Source: Limisphaerales bacterium
GTDB lineage: Bacteria > Verrucomicrobiota > Verrucomicrobiia > Limisphaerales > SIBE01
NCBI GenBank assembly: GCA_044225505.1
Contig: JBGAIN010000066.1
Span: forward strand, 1 to 40,245
Direction: 5' to 3'
Length of the DNA: 40,245 nt
This document shows positions 17,896 through 27,100 of this stretch, one piece after another (the stretch's first letter is position 1; every line of letters starts with the position of its first letter). The notes beneath the pieces are model-generated. The model was not told the DNA's origin. It searched no databases and saw only the letters and a list, made by a program, of their open reading frames with translations. The translations under genes were made by a program, and so were the position numbers.

Positions 17896-19385
17896 TGACA
17901 TCGGATTATCTTTCCATCCTGCGCCTCCTCGCGCCTGAGACGATCGTCGTCCTGACCGCACTGGCGGTGCTCGCGATCGATTTACTGGTGGTTCGGGATC
18001 TTGCCGTGGGACAGCGCTGGACCATTCTTGGCGTTTTTGCCTCGTTTGGATGTGTCGCAGCTTTCCTTTGGGCTTTCAACCAGGACGGAAGTCAGACCCT
18101 TCTGAACCGAATGCTGGTTAACGATCCGCTCAGCCGCATCGTCAAGCTGGGCATCTTGGGACTAGCCGTCGCCACGCTTCTCGTGTCAATGGATTCGAGA
18201 TTTACCGAGCACATTGGAGAATATGTCTCACTAGTATTATTGGCGACAGTGGGCATGCTCTTGATGGTCAGTTCCGAGGAATTGATGACAATCTTTGTCT
18301 CCCTGGAACTCACGAGTCTGTCGCTCTATATCCTGGCGGCGTTCAGCAAGCAGAACGTTCAATCGGTCGAAGCAGCCCTTAAATACTTTTTCTTTGGCGG
18401 TGTTTCGGCTGCGTTCACGCTCTTCGGCTTGAGCCTCGTTTACGGGCTTTCCGGGTCTACCTATTTACGTCCAATCGCCGAGGCTCTCCGGAATCAACCT
18501 CTGAACCCACTATTGATTGCTGGGATTGCCATGACCGTGGTCGGTTTCGGTTTCAAAATAGCGGCAGCACCTTTCCATCTTTGGGCGCCCGACGCGTATC
18601 AAGGTGCTCCGACCCCGAGTGCCGCTCTAATTGCGTCGGGATCGAAAGTGGCGAGTTTCTATCTGTTTTCGAAAATTCTGACGGTCGGGTTTGCCAGCGC
18701 GGCAGGCAGCGGGGCATGGCGTCATTTCAGTTCGGGTTGGGTTATGGCGCTGACGATTCTGGCCGCCCTCTCGATCATTTTGGGTAATCTAGCAGCCATC
18801 GTGCAGGGCAACCTCAAGCGGTTGCTTGCCTATTCGGCGATAGCGCACGCCGGCTACGCCTTACTGGGGGTTGCGGCGGATAGCCAGCAAGGAATCGCAT
18901 CGCTCATCTATTACACCATCACATATGGCCTGACCGTGGTGGGCGCCTTTGCCGTCGTCCATACGGTTGAGCAACAGACTGGCGATTCCAGTTTGACACA
19001 ATTTGCCGGACTGAGCCGCCGTGCTCCGTGGCTTTCTTTCTGCATGTTAGTGTTCATGCTCTCTCTGGCTGGAATCCCACCGCTGGCCGGGTTCTTCGGC
19101 AAGTTTTACCTGTTTGCCGCCGCGATTGGCTCGGGGCGCGACGGCGGATTGCTCTGGCTGGTGGTGCTTGCCATCGGGATGAGCGCAGTCTCTCTCTACT
19201 ATTATTTGCAGGTTTTGAAACAGATCTACGTGGTTGAAGCCCCGGTGGAATTGGCCAGCGGGCCTACCCTTTGGGTGAGTCATGCGGCCATTGGGCTGTT
19301 GGCAGCGTCGGTCATTGTTCTAGGCTGCGCACCGGACCTCCTCTTGGGTCGACTCGTCGATGCGGTGCGCCTTGCTGGACTCTAA
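17895..19385 (+). CDS. nuoN: NADH-quinone oxidoreductase subunit N
   Basis: EAALKYF, FKIAAAPFHLWAPDAYQGAP, KRLLAYSAIAHAGY and SLAGIPPLAGFFGK motifs. It has a TGATG overlap with nuoM2. Confidence 0.96.
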   Translation: MTSDYLSILRLLAPETIVVLTALAVLAIDLLVVRDLAVGQRWTILGVFASFGCVAAFLWAFNQDGSQTLLNRMLVNDPLSRIVKLGILGLAVATLLVSMDSRFTEHIGEYVSLVLLATVGMLLMVSSEELMTIFVSLELTSLSLYILAAFSKQNVQSVEAALKYFFFGGVSAAFTLFGLSLVYGLSGSTYLRPIAEALRNQPLNPLLIAGIAMTVVGFGFKIAAAPFHLWAPDAYQGAPTPSAALIASGSKVASFYLFSKILTVGFASAAGSGAWRHFSSGWVMALTILAALSIILGNLAAIVQGNLKRLLAYSAIAHAGYALLGVAADSQQGIASLIYYTITYGLTVVGAFAVVHTVEQQTGDSSLTQFAGLSRRAPWLSFCMLVFMLSLAGIPPLAGFFGKFYLFAAAIGSGRDGGLLWLVVLAIGMSAVSLYYYLQVLKQIYVVEAPVELASGPTLWVSHAAIGLLAASVIVLGCAPDLLLGRLVDAVRLAGL

Positions 19386-19451
19386 ACCCACCGCGCATTC
19401 GTTCCGCTCACGCGGCAATCAATCTGCGCAAGGTTTAACCCGCGACCGTCC

Positions 19452-20294
19452 TCATACCGCTCGAATCACCAACGCTGTCGTATTATCTCGGCCATTCCGA
19501 GCGACGGCTTCTTCGACCAACCGGAACGCAGGCGGACTTTCCGGTCGGGTTGTTTCCGGTAAACGTAACAACTCGACCAAGTCAGAGTCGTAGAGACCAT
19601 CGACGAGGCCGTCCGAGCAAAGCAGGAACGTATCTCCAACTTCGTAAGTCACAGCGCCCACTTGCGGTGAGTTAAACTGATTGTTTCCACCCAACGCCTT
19701 TTGTAGCACACCCCGGCGAGGATGTCTTCGAGCTTCCCCTTCGCTCAGTTTCCCTTGCCGCAGCAGCCAGCCGACGTAGGTATCGTCGTGGCTCAGTTGT
19801 CTGAGCCCTCCGTCACCCGCTGGTAGGTAGTAAATGCGACTGTCGCCCACATGACCAAAAAACATCCGCCCACAGGTGAACCAACAAAGACTTAACGTCG
19901 CTTCCATTCCCGAACATTCCTCATAACATCGCCCTTCACGAGCGAGCGCCGAATGGATTTCTCCGAACAACTCCTGGAGAACATCCGCAAACCCAGGATC
20001 CAGCCCGACCGCCGACTGCCGATAGGAACGCGGCAGCAGCATCGCGATCTTTTGCACCGCAATGCGGCTGGCATGCTCCCCGGCCAAAGCACCGCCCATT
20101 CCGTCGCTCACGGCAAACGCGAAATCTAGGTGCGTCGTCGGCGCTTCACCCGTTTTCCCCAGGAAATGAACCTCTTGGGCGTCAAAGTGAACTCCGACAA
20201 AGGCATCCTCGTTACTTGGGCGGACACGTCCAGGATGAGTCCGGCCAGACCACTGCAGACTGTGAACAGGAAGACCGTCACGTACAACATTCAT
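19452..20294 (-). CDS. PP2C/PPM-family Ser/Thr protein phosphatase
   Basis: GRVRPSNED, AVSDGMGG, HVGDSRIY, LLCSDGL and GRDNTT motifs are all present. Confidence 0.93.
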   Translation of the reverse strand: MNVVRDGLPVHSLQWSGRTHPGRVRPSNEDAFVGVHFDAQEVHFLGKTGEAPTTHLDFAFAVSDGMGGALAGEHASRIAVQKIAMLLPRSYRQSAVGLDPGFADVLQELFGEIHSALAREGRCYEECSGMEATLSLCWFTCGRMFFGHVGDSRIYYLPAGDGGLRQLSHDDTYVGWLLRQGKLSEGEARRHPRRGVLQKALGGNNQFNSPQVGAVTYEVGDTFLLCSDGLVDGLYDSDLVELLRLPETTRPESPPAFRLVEEAVARNGRDNTTALVIRAV

Positions 20295-20689
20295 AAAGGC
20301 GCTGTCGCTTCGGACCCGGGTAGAATGGTCGCAAACTCGAAATCAATCACGCAAAAGCGACCATCGGACTGCCGGTACGTGACGTTGCGGATATTACAGT
20401 CGTTGTGACGAACACCATAACGTTCTAGTTCATCGAAGATCTCTTGCTCTCGCGCGGCATCAAGATGCTCAACCCGCTGTCCACAGTTCGTACTGACAAT
20501 TCGAATCCGGTCGGGATCGACCTCCAACAAGCGCGGGACAAAATCGCAGCCGCGCGCTTCAAGGTGGCGAAGCACCTGCACTTCGCGATCGAAGCGCGCG
20601 CGGGCATCGGGCCCGTGATAGGTCTTAAAAACCCGTCCGTCAAAACTGACCTGCACCGTTGAGCGTAACGTGTCCTTTACCTGCAGCAT
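20291..20689 (-). CDS. minimal protein-kinase-like (ELK/RIO/APH-like) protein, 132 aa
   Basis: It has a beta3 Lys (VFKTY), alphaC Glu (FDREVQVL), catalytic loop RHNDCNIRNV and metal loop IDFEFA. Its stop overlaps the phosphatase ATG by 4 bp. Confidence 0.8.
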   Translation of the reverse strand: MLQVKDTLRSTVQVSFDGRVFKTYHGPDARARFDREVQVLRHLEARGCDFVPRLLEVDPDRIRIVSTNCGQRVEHLDAAREQEIFDELERYGVRHNDCNIRNVTYRQSDGRFCVIDFEFATILPGSEATAPL

Positions 20690-20873
20690 ACAGAGAGAGC
20701 GTGCCTTGGGAGCGTGAGTTGGTCAAATGGGCATAGGTTTAATTAGACCATTACGATCAAAGATAGCCAGGGGTTGAGCCAGGGAGCGCCCGGGTGAATT
20801 CTGCAGACTCTGGAAGTAGTTCCACGCCAATGATCGAGGACCTGACGTGTAGTAAATTGCATTGTCAAAACTC

Positions 20874-20889
20874 CGGCACTCTGGTTGCT
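20874..20889 (+). promoter_or_regulatory. sigma54 (-24/-12) promoter of glutamine synthetase
   Basis: CGGCAC-TCTGG-TTGCT matches the YGGCAC-N5-TTGCW consensus with exact spacing, 80 bp upstream of ATG 20970. Confidence 0.7.
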
Positions 20890-20969
20890 TTATACCCCTA
20901 TCTGCCGCGGTTAACGAATAAAATGACTCTGCGGCCACTTATTAACCGTTCTATTGCGCAAAAACGTCC

Positions 20970-21995
20970 ATGGCGAAATACAAACTCGAATACATCTGGC
21001 TCGATGGCTATGAACCAGTCGCGAACCTCCGCGGCAAGACCCAGGTAAAGGAATTTGACTCGTTCCCGAGTCTCGAACAGTTGCCGATGTGGGGCTTCGA
21101 CGGGAGTTCCACCCGTCAAGCGGAGGGCCACAGCTCTGATTGTATGCTGAAACCGGTAGCTGTCTTTCCGGATTCTACGAAGAAGAACGGGGCGCTCGTC
21201 ATGTGCGAAGTCATGATGCCCGATGGCAAGACCCCGCATCGGACCAACGCTCGTGCTACCATCTTGGATGATCCCGACGCTTGGTTCGGGTTTGAACAGG
21301 AGTATTTTCTCTATCAAGATGGCGTTCCGTTGGGCTTTCCAAAGGGAGGCGGTTTCCCTCCGCCGCAAGGCAAATACTACACGGGAGTCGGCAACGATGC
21401 GGTCGGACCGATCGCTCGTGAAATCGTCGATACGCACTTGGATCTTTGCCTGGACGCCGGAATTAATCATGAAGGGATCAATGCCGAAGTCGCTAAAGGT
21501 CAGTGGGAATTCCAGATCTTCGGGAAGGGATCGAAAAAGGCGGCCGACCAGATGTGGATTGCCCGCTACATCCTAATGCGGCTGTGCGAGAAATATGAGG
21601 TCGATGTGAATTTCCACTGCAAACCGCTCGGGCCGGATGTGGATTGGAACGGCTCTGGGATGCACAGCAACTTTTCGACGAAGTACATGCGCGAAGTGGG
21701 TGGGAAAGCCTATTTCGAAGCGCTCATGGCCGCGTTCGACAAGCACAAGAATGAACATATCGCGGTCTACGGTCCGGATAACCACCTGCGTTTGACCGGA
21801 TTGCACGAGACCCAATCCATCGATAAGTTCAACTACGGAGTGGCCAACCGTGGCGCTTCGGTCCGCGTTCCGCATAGCTTTGTGAATAACAACTATCGTG
21901 GATACCTCGAAGATCGACGCCCGAACTCCCAGGGTGACCCATACAAGATCGCCAGCCGAATTCTTCAGACGATTGCGACCGTGCCGTTGAAGTAA
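20970..21995 (+). CDS. glnII: glutamine synthetase type II (short, eukaryote-like)
   Basis: 341 aa; EYIWLDG, WGFDGSST, GFEQEY, GINAEVAKGQWEFQ, DWNGSGMH, RLTGLHET, NRGASVR and GYLEDRRPNS motifs. Confidence 0.93.
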   Translation: MAKYKLEYIWLDGYEPVANLRGKTQVKEFDSFPSLEQLPMWGFDGSSTRQAEGHSSDCMLKPVAVFPDSTKKNGALVMCEVMMPDGKTPHRTNARATILDDPDAWFGFEQEYFLYQDGVPLGFPKGGGFPPPQGKYYTGVGNDAVGPIAREIVDTHLDLCLDAGINHEGINAEVAKGQWEFQIFGKGSKKAADQMWIARYILMRLCEKYEVDVNFHCKPLGPDVDWNGSGMHSNFSTKYMREVGGKAYFEALMAAFDKHKNEHIAVYGPDNHLRLTGLHETQSIDKFNYGVANRGASVRVPHSFVNNNYRGYLEDRRPNSQGDPYKIASRILQTIATVPLK

Positions 21996-22005
21996 TCGTT
22001 GACTT

Positions 22006-22116
22006 TGGCGAGAGCTGACGGCAGTCGTGGGGACTCCGTCAGCTTTTCGCCCGTATCGCCAGTCCCGATAAGTCGGCCAACCTGCCGCGCCATTGGCAGG
22101 TTGGCCGACCTTTTTT
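22006..22116 (+). terminator. two tandem hairpins after glnII; the second is a canonical intrinsic terminator
   Basis: GGCGAGAGCTGACGG...CCGTCAGCTTTTCGCC (22006-22051), then GTCGGCCAACCTGCC-N8-GGCAGGTTGGCCGAC-CTTTTTT (22072-22116; 15-bp perfect stem). Confidence 0.8.
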
Positions 22117-22242
22117 GGTCGACGCCACCGGTCGGACGGTTGTCGTTCGTATTCCGCCATTTGCGGTCGATGATTAAAAGAGAGAACTCGCCTACTTGAC
22201 GGCGTCCGACTATTTTATTAGTGAGTCAGGCTTTGATAGACC

Positions 22243-24096
22243 ATGAGCGCACCCGAAAAACACCATTTCCAGGCAGAGATTCAGCAACTTCTCAACATTG
22301 TCATCCACTCTCTTTATACCGACAAAGAGATTTTTGTTCGTGAACTGATTTCAAATGCCGCGGATGCTTGTGAAAAGCTCCGTTTCGTCCAATCATCGGG
22401 GCAGGCCGTTTACCAACCGGACGTTTCGCCCGCGATCTCCGTCCTCACTGACGAGAAGGAAGGGACGATTACCTTTGTGGACACAGGCATCGGAATGGCG
22501 CATGGCGACTTGGTAGACAACCTTGGCACCATCGCACACTCAGGAACGAAGGCATTCTTAAAGCAACTCGCCGAGGAGAAGCGACCAGATGCGAAATTGA
22601 TCGGCCAGTTTGGAGTGGGCTTTTACTCGGCCTTCATGGTGGCCAACCGGGTGATCGTATTGAGCCGCTCGCATCTGCCGGAGGAACAGGGCTGGAAGTG
22701 GATGAGCGAAGGAGGCGGAGGTTATGAGATCGAGCCAGCGCCCGACCTAGCCCGAGGCACTCGAATCACTCTGCAGCTCAAGGACGATGCTAAAGAATTC
22801 AGCAAAGGAGATTCCATTGAGTCGGTCATCAAACGCTACTCGAGTTTTGTTCAATTCCCCATCGAGCTGAATGGCAAACGCCTGAACACGGTGCAGGCCA
22901 TTTGGAGCCGTCAACAAAGCGAAATCAAGCCAGAGGAGTACACGGAGTTTTACCGCTATATCGGGCACGACCAGCAGGAACCGCTCTATCGGTTGCACTT
23001 CAGCTCTGACGCGCCACTGACCATTCAATCGCTGCTCTTTGTCCCGGAGAAGAACTTCGAGTCGCTCGGAATGACCCGATCCGAATCGGAAGTGAATCTT
23101 TACTACTGTCGCAAAGTCTTAATTCAGGCCCGGGCGAAAGGCCTCTTTCCGGAGTGGCTCCGGTTTCTCAAGGGCGTGGTCGACAGTGAGGACCTTCCCT
23201 TGAATATCTCGCGAGAGACGATGCAGGATACGAGTCTTATGCAAAAACTGAACCGTGTGCTAACCACGCGGTTCATCAAGTTCCTCGACGAACAAAGCGA
23301 CAAAGACCCGGAACGCTACGAGAAGTTTTACAACGAATACCAGCGGTTTCTTAAAGAAGGCGTCATTAGTGATTTTACCCACAAAACGGCATTGGGTAAA
23401 CTCCTGCGCTACGACTCTTCCAGTCTCGAGCCAGGGAAACGCACGTCGCTCGCTGATTACGTCAAACGGATGCCTTCAGACCAAAAGGAAATTTACTACT
23501 TGCTCGCTCCCAATCGTGAAGCGGCCGAGAGCAGTCCCTACTTCGAGGTCTTTCGCGCGCGCAAATGGGAGGTTCTTTTCCTTTTTGATCCGTGGGACGA
23601 GTTTGTGATGGAACATCTTCAGGTCGTGGATGAGAAACCAGTTCGTGCGGCAGAAAAAGCAGACTTAGGGATTACAGAACCGGAGAAGAAAGAAGGGGTC
23701 CTGAGCGACGACCAGGCTAAAGAGTTGGCCAAGTGGCTCAAGGAATGCCTCGGCGACCGTGTTGGAGAAGTGCGGGTTTCTCAGCGATTGGTCGAGAGCC
23801 CAGCCGTCGTCGTGGAAAGCGACAAGTTCCTGACGTCCAGCATGCGCCGGATTTTAAAGACCGTCTCGAAAGACCAGGATCCGAACGCCATCGTAAAACA
23901 AGACCTGGAGATCAACCCACGCCATCAAATCATGGCGCGACTCGACAAGGAACGCCAAGCGGACCCGGAACTTGCCGGAAAAGTTGCCGAACAACTCCTC
24001 GACAATGCGCGAGTTGCAGCCGGATTACTGGAAGATCCGCGCACAATGCTGAAGCGATTGAATGAGCTTTTGGAACGGGTCCTGACGCGACCCTAG
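22243..24096 (+). CDS. htpG: molecular chaperone HtpG (Hsp90)
   Basis: SLYTDKEIFVRELISNAADA, DTGIGM, LGTIAHSGT, IGQFGVGFYSAF and DSEDLPLNISRE motifs. Confidence 0.97.
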   Translation: MSAPEKHHFQAEIQQLLNIVIHSLYTDKEIFVRELISNAADACEKLRFVQSSGQAVYQPDVSPAISVLTDEKEGTITFVDTGIGMAHGDLVDNLGTIAHSGTKAFLKQLAEEKRPDAKLIGQFGVGFYSAFMVANRVIVLSRSHLPEEQGWKWMSEGGGGYEIEPAPDLARGTRITLQLKDDAKEFSKGDSIESVIKRYSSFVQFPIELNGKRLNTVQAIWSRQQSEIKPEEYTEFYRYIGHDQQEPLYRLHFSSDAPLTIQSLLFVPEKNFESLGMTRSESEVNLYYCRKVLIQARAKGLFPEWLRFLKGVVDSEDLPLNISRETMQDTSLMQKLNRVLTTRFIKFLDEQSDKDPERYEKFYNEYQRFLKEGVISDFTHKTALGKLLRYDSSSLEPGKRTSLADYVKRMPSDQKEIYYLLAPNREAAESSPYFEVFRARKWEVLFLFDPWDEFVMEHLQVVDEKPVRAAEKADLGITEPEKKEGVLSDDQAKELAKWLKECLGDRVGEVRVSQRLVESPAVVVESDKFLTSSMRRILKTVSKDQDPNAIVKQDLEINPRHQIMARLDKERQADPELAGKVAEQLLDNARVAAGLLEDPRTMLKRLNELLERVLTRP

Positions 24097-24172
24097 TTAG
24101 TGTCCCATTCAGCAATCCCGGAGCAGCCAGTTTCCGGCGGTGCAATGACCGCCGGACAAGGCAACAACTCCA

Positions 24173-27100
24173 TCACGGTTTCGCCAAAAGTTCCGCCCGG
24201 TAAAACTTAGGAAGTTCCTGAGGGTCGAGTTCCTCTCGTAACGTGAGAAGCCCGCTCTCGGGGAACGTTTGGATCGCCGCGACCTTCCAAGTGATTAGAT
24301 CCGTCGAAGCGGTTAACTGGACGGTTCGCCCTGGAGGACCGCGCAAGGCGATTCCGGGACCTCCGTCCTCGGTATTGTTTCGTCCGAGCCAATAGAGCAC
24401 CAATGGAGTGCTGGGACTTGGGTCGAAAAATAATCCACTGAGAACGGCATTCACCAATTGAGGCTCAACCTTGATCGTAACGGAGCCGGTCACTTTCCAG
24501 AGGAAATAGGCCCCCCCACCGAATTCCGTGATGGTTTGGCGATCTAATTCCTTCTCGGTCGCCGGATCCATTAGGGTGATGTCCTGAATGCGGCCGCCGC
24601 TATCCCAGTCCAGGAAGTAAAGCGCGAGCTGATGCGTGGCGCCGTCGAGGAAGTCGATACGTAATCGGATTTCGTCTCCGTACCAAGTTGCCGCAGTTCG
24701 GAGACCTCCAGATACGCTCTGAAGTGCCCCAGCGGCATCAAATCCTTGAGCCCAGAGGAACATCTCGCCTTTTTCAAACTGAACATTGACGTGGGGTGGT
24801 AGATTCGTAGCGACGCCGGCCATCATATAATGCTGGTAGACTTGCCGCCAATCTCCGCGAGTGCCACGATCCATTCCGACAAACTCGGCGGCGGAGATCG
24901 CAGGGTCCAGTTGCACATGGATAGGGAAAGAGTCCGTAGACGCATCGAGATCGTCAAATGCGCGCGCGACGAGCTCATGAGTTCCCGAAACTGGGTTCGT
25001 CCACAGAAACTGGTAAGGTGCTTCGGTCCTCACTCCAAGCACGGTTTGACCATCGAGAAACTCGACGCGCCGGATCGAGCCGTCCGCATCTGAGGCATCA
25101 GCGACCAGTACCATTTCGGTGGGTAGCTGCCGACGTTCAAAACCGAGCGGGCGCAACTGAGCGGTTGGCGGTTGATTGAATGCAGGCCCAACGAAGATGC
25201 CGCTCAGGACGGCAGCGTAACCTTCCGGACTGGCAATCTCGATTCGCACGTGCCCACGTACGGACCAAACTAAATAGCGCCCGCGAGAAAAGTCCTCGAC
25301 GCTGCGGCGGTCGAGTAGTGTTCCGGTCAAGACGTCATGGACTTCGATCGATTGGGCGTAACCGCGGTCATCGCCACCTGAAAAATAGAGGGCAATTTGA
25401 TGGATTTGCGCATCGTTCAATCGAATTTCCAGAGCCAGCTGAGAAGCTCCTGCCCAGGCTGAAGCGCTCCGAGCTTCGCCATCCGGCATTTGCAGGGCAC
25501 TTTCGCCCGGCGCCAGGTTATTCGTTTCCACATCGGCGTTTTGTGAAATCAACAGCTGAATGTTGGAGCTCAGATCTTGCCCGATTCCAGCCAGGGCATA
25601 CCCTTCGGACCCGTAGACGCCCCGCCAGTTGCCCCGAGTACGCATATCCAGTTGTTGGAATTTGGCAATTCCAGGAGCTAGCGCTACGCGGATCTCGACC
25701 GGATTCGACAGGATCGTTGCGCCATCGCTGTCCGTCACCCGGACTCGAAGAGCGTAAGTTCCGGCACCTGGGTTGGTCCACCTGAACTCATAAGGCGGCG
25801 CCAATCGTTCCGCTAGCCGCTCGAAGCCAGCGAGGAATTCAACTTTGACAGGCCCGCTGCTCGATGAGACGACCGTTCCCACCAGCTGGACTTCACCTGG
25901 AGAAATGAAAGTTTGCCGACTGGCCGGTATCTGCAACGAAAAGGAAACCCACTCGATATCGCTGAAGAGCGCTTGGCTAAACCGAGGCCGCGCGCCTGGA
26001 ACCATCGACGGGCCCACTTCAACGACGACGTCACCCGCAAACGGCAGCGTTCCGACCACCGACCACGTTGACCGATCGGTCGAAGTATAGGCCACCAGTC
26101 CCGAGTCTTGGCGTGCAATCCTCAGCCACGGATTCCCGGCTAACCGGCCGAGTGAAACGGTCTCGGCTGCCGCATAGGGAGACATGCGACGTTTGACATA
26201 GGCCATGCCATCGCCGCTTTGATAAACCCCGAGAAATGGGGCTTCCGCCGCTTGACCTAGTCGGCAAAGCAAGCCCGCTTGGGCATCGGTGGAAGCCGCT
26301 TGAAAATCATTCAGGTGCGCGATCAAATGCCCGTTCCTCTCGAGCGGCACGAACATCCGATAAACGGCATTGGTAGATTCCACAGTCCCATTGCCAGCAA
26401 CGCTCAACCTGAGCGCACCCACCTCCGTCTCGGAATAGCCCTGCACCCCGGCGGGTCCCGCCATCGCCTCTTGCCATGGCGCCGTTGGAAATGAGTTTAT
26501 CCAATCCGAGAGCAACCTGAGTCCATTCGAGTCAACAAGGCTGCTTGCGATCGGCGGCATTTGAAATTTGCCGCGACGATTCATCCAATGCCAGACCATA
26601 GAATTGGTCACCGAGTTAGGAGCCAACCGCCGCACGGGTAGACCCCAGGTATCGTCGAGGTTGAAGATGACCGGGGCATCGATCAACCGGGCCTCGGATA
26701 AAGGAGTGGTAATGCGCGCGTCCCAACTCGCTTCGCCAGGAGCACCAGGCTGATGGCATTGGGAGCAGTTGGACGCGAGGTACGAACGGGCTCGATAAGC
26801 CAGTGGTTCGTGGACGTCGCTCGGGCCTGCCAGTCGCGGAAGCCCTTCAGGTTCGAGATTCGGATTCCCTTCAAAACACCCTGCCTGCTTGAGAGTCGTC
26901 AATTGATTGAGCGAATCGCTGCTCACGAGCGACCGATTCAACTGCGCCGTGTTAAAACCAAGAGCGAATCCGGCTTCTTTGGTATGGCAAAACAGACATT
27001 GAGCTCGGCCAGGATAATGCCACACCTGGGTGCGAATTGTGTCCCCGTCACGGATCGCCAGAGATTCGTCAAGGCCCTCGTCCGGCACAAGGAACGCGTT

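Noticed and set aside
6807..19385. Group 4 [NiFe]-hydrogenase or Mrp antiporter interpretation
   Set aside because: The D subunit has no CxxC Ni ligands and ends GEVDR, NuoB has the tandem CC, and nuoA, J and K are present, so this is complex I-like.
20690..20710. Sigma54 site for the kinase gene (minus strand AGGCACG...)
   Set aside because: There is no GC at the -12 position and it is too close to the ATG.
22196..22225. Sigma70 promoter or CIRCE operator upstream of htpG
   Set aside because: TTGACG is present but there is no well-spaced -10, and no TTAGCACTC-N9-GAGTGCTAA was seen.
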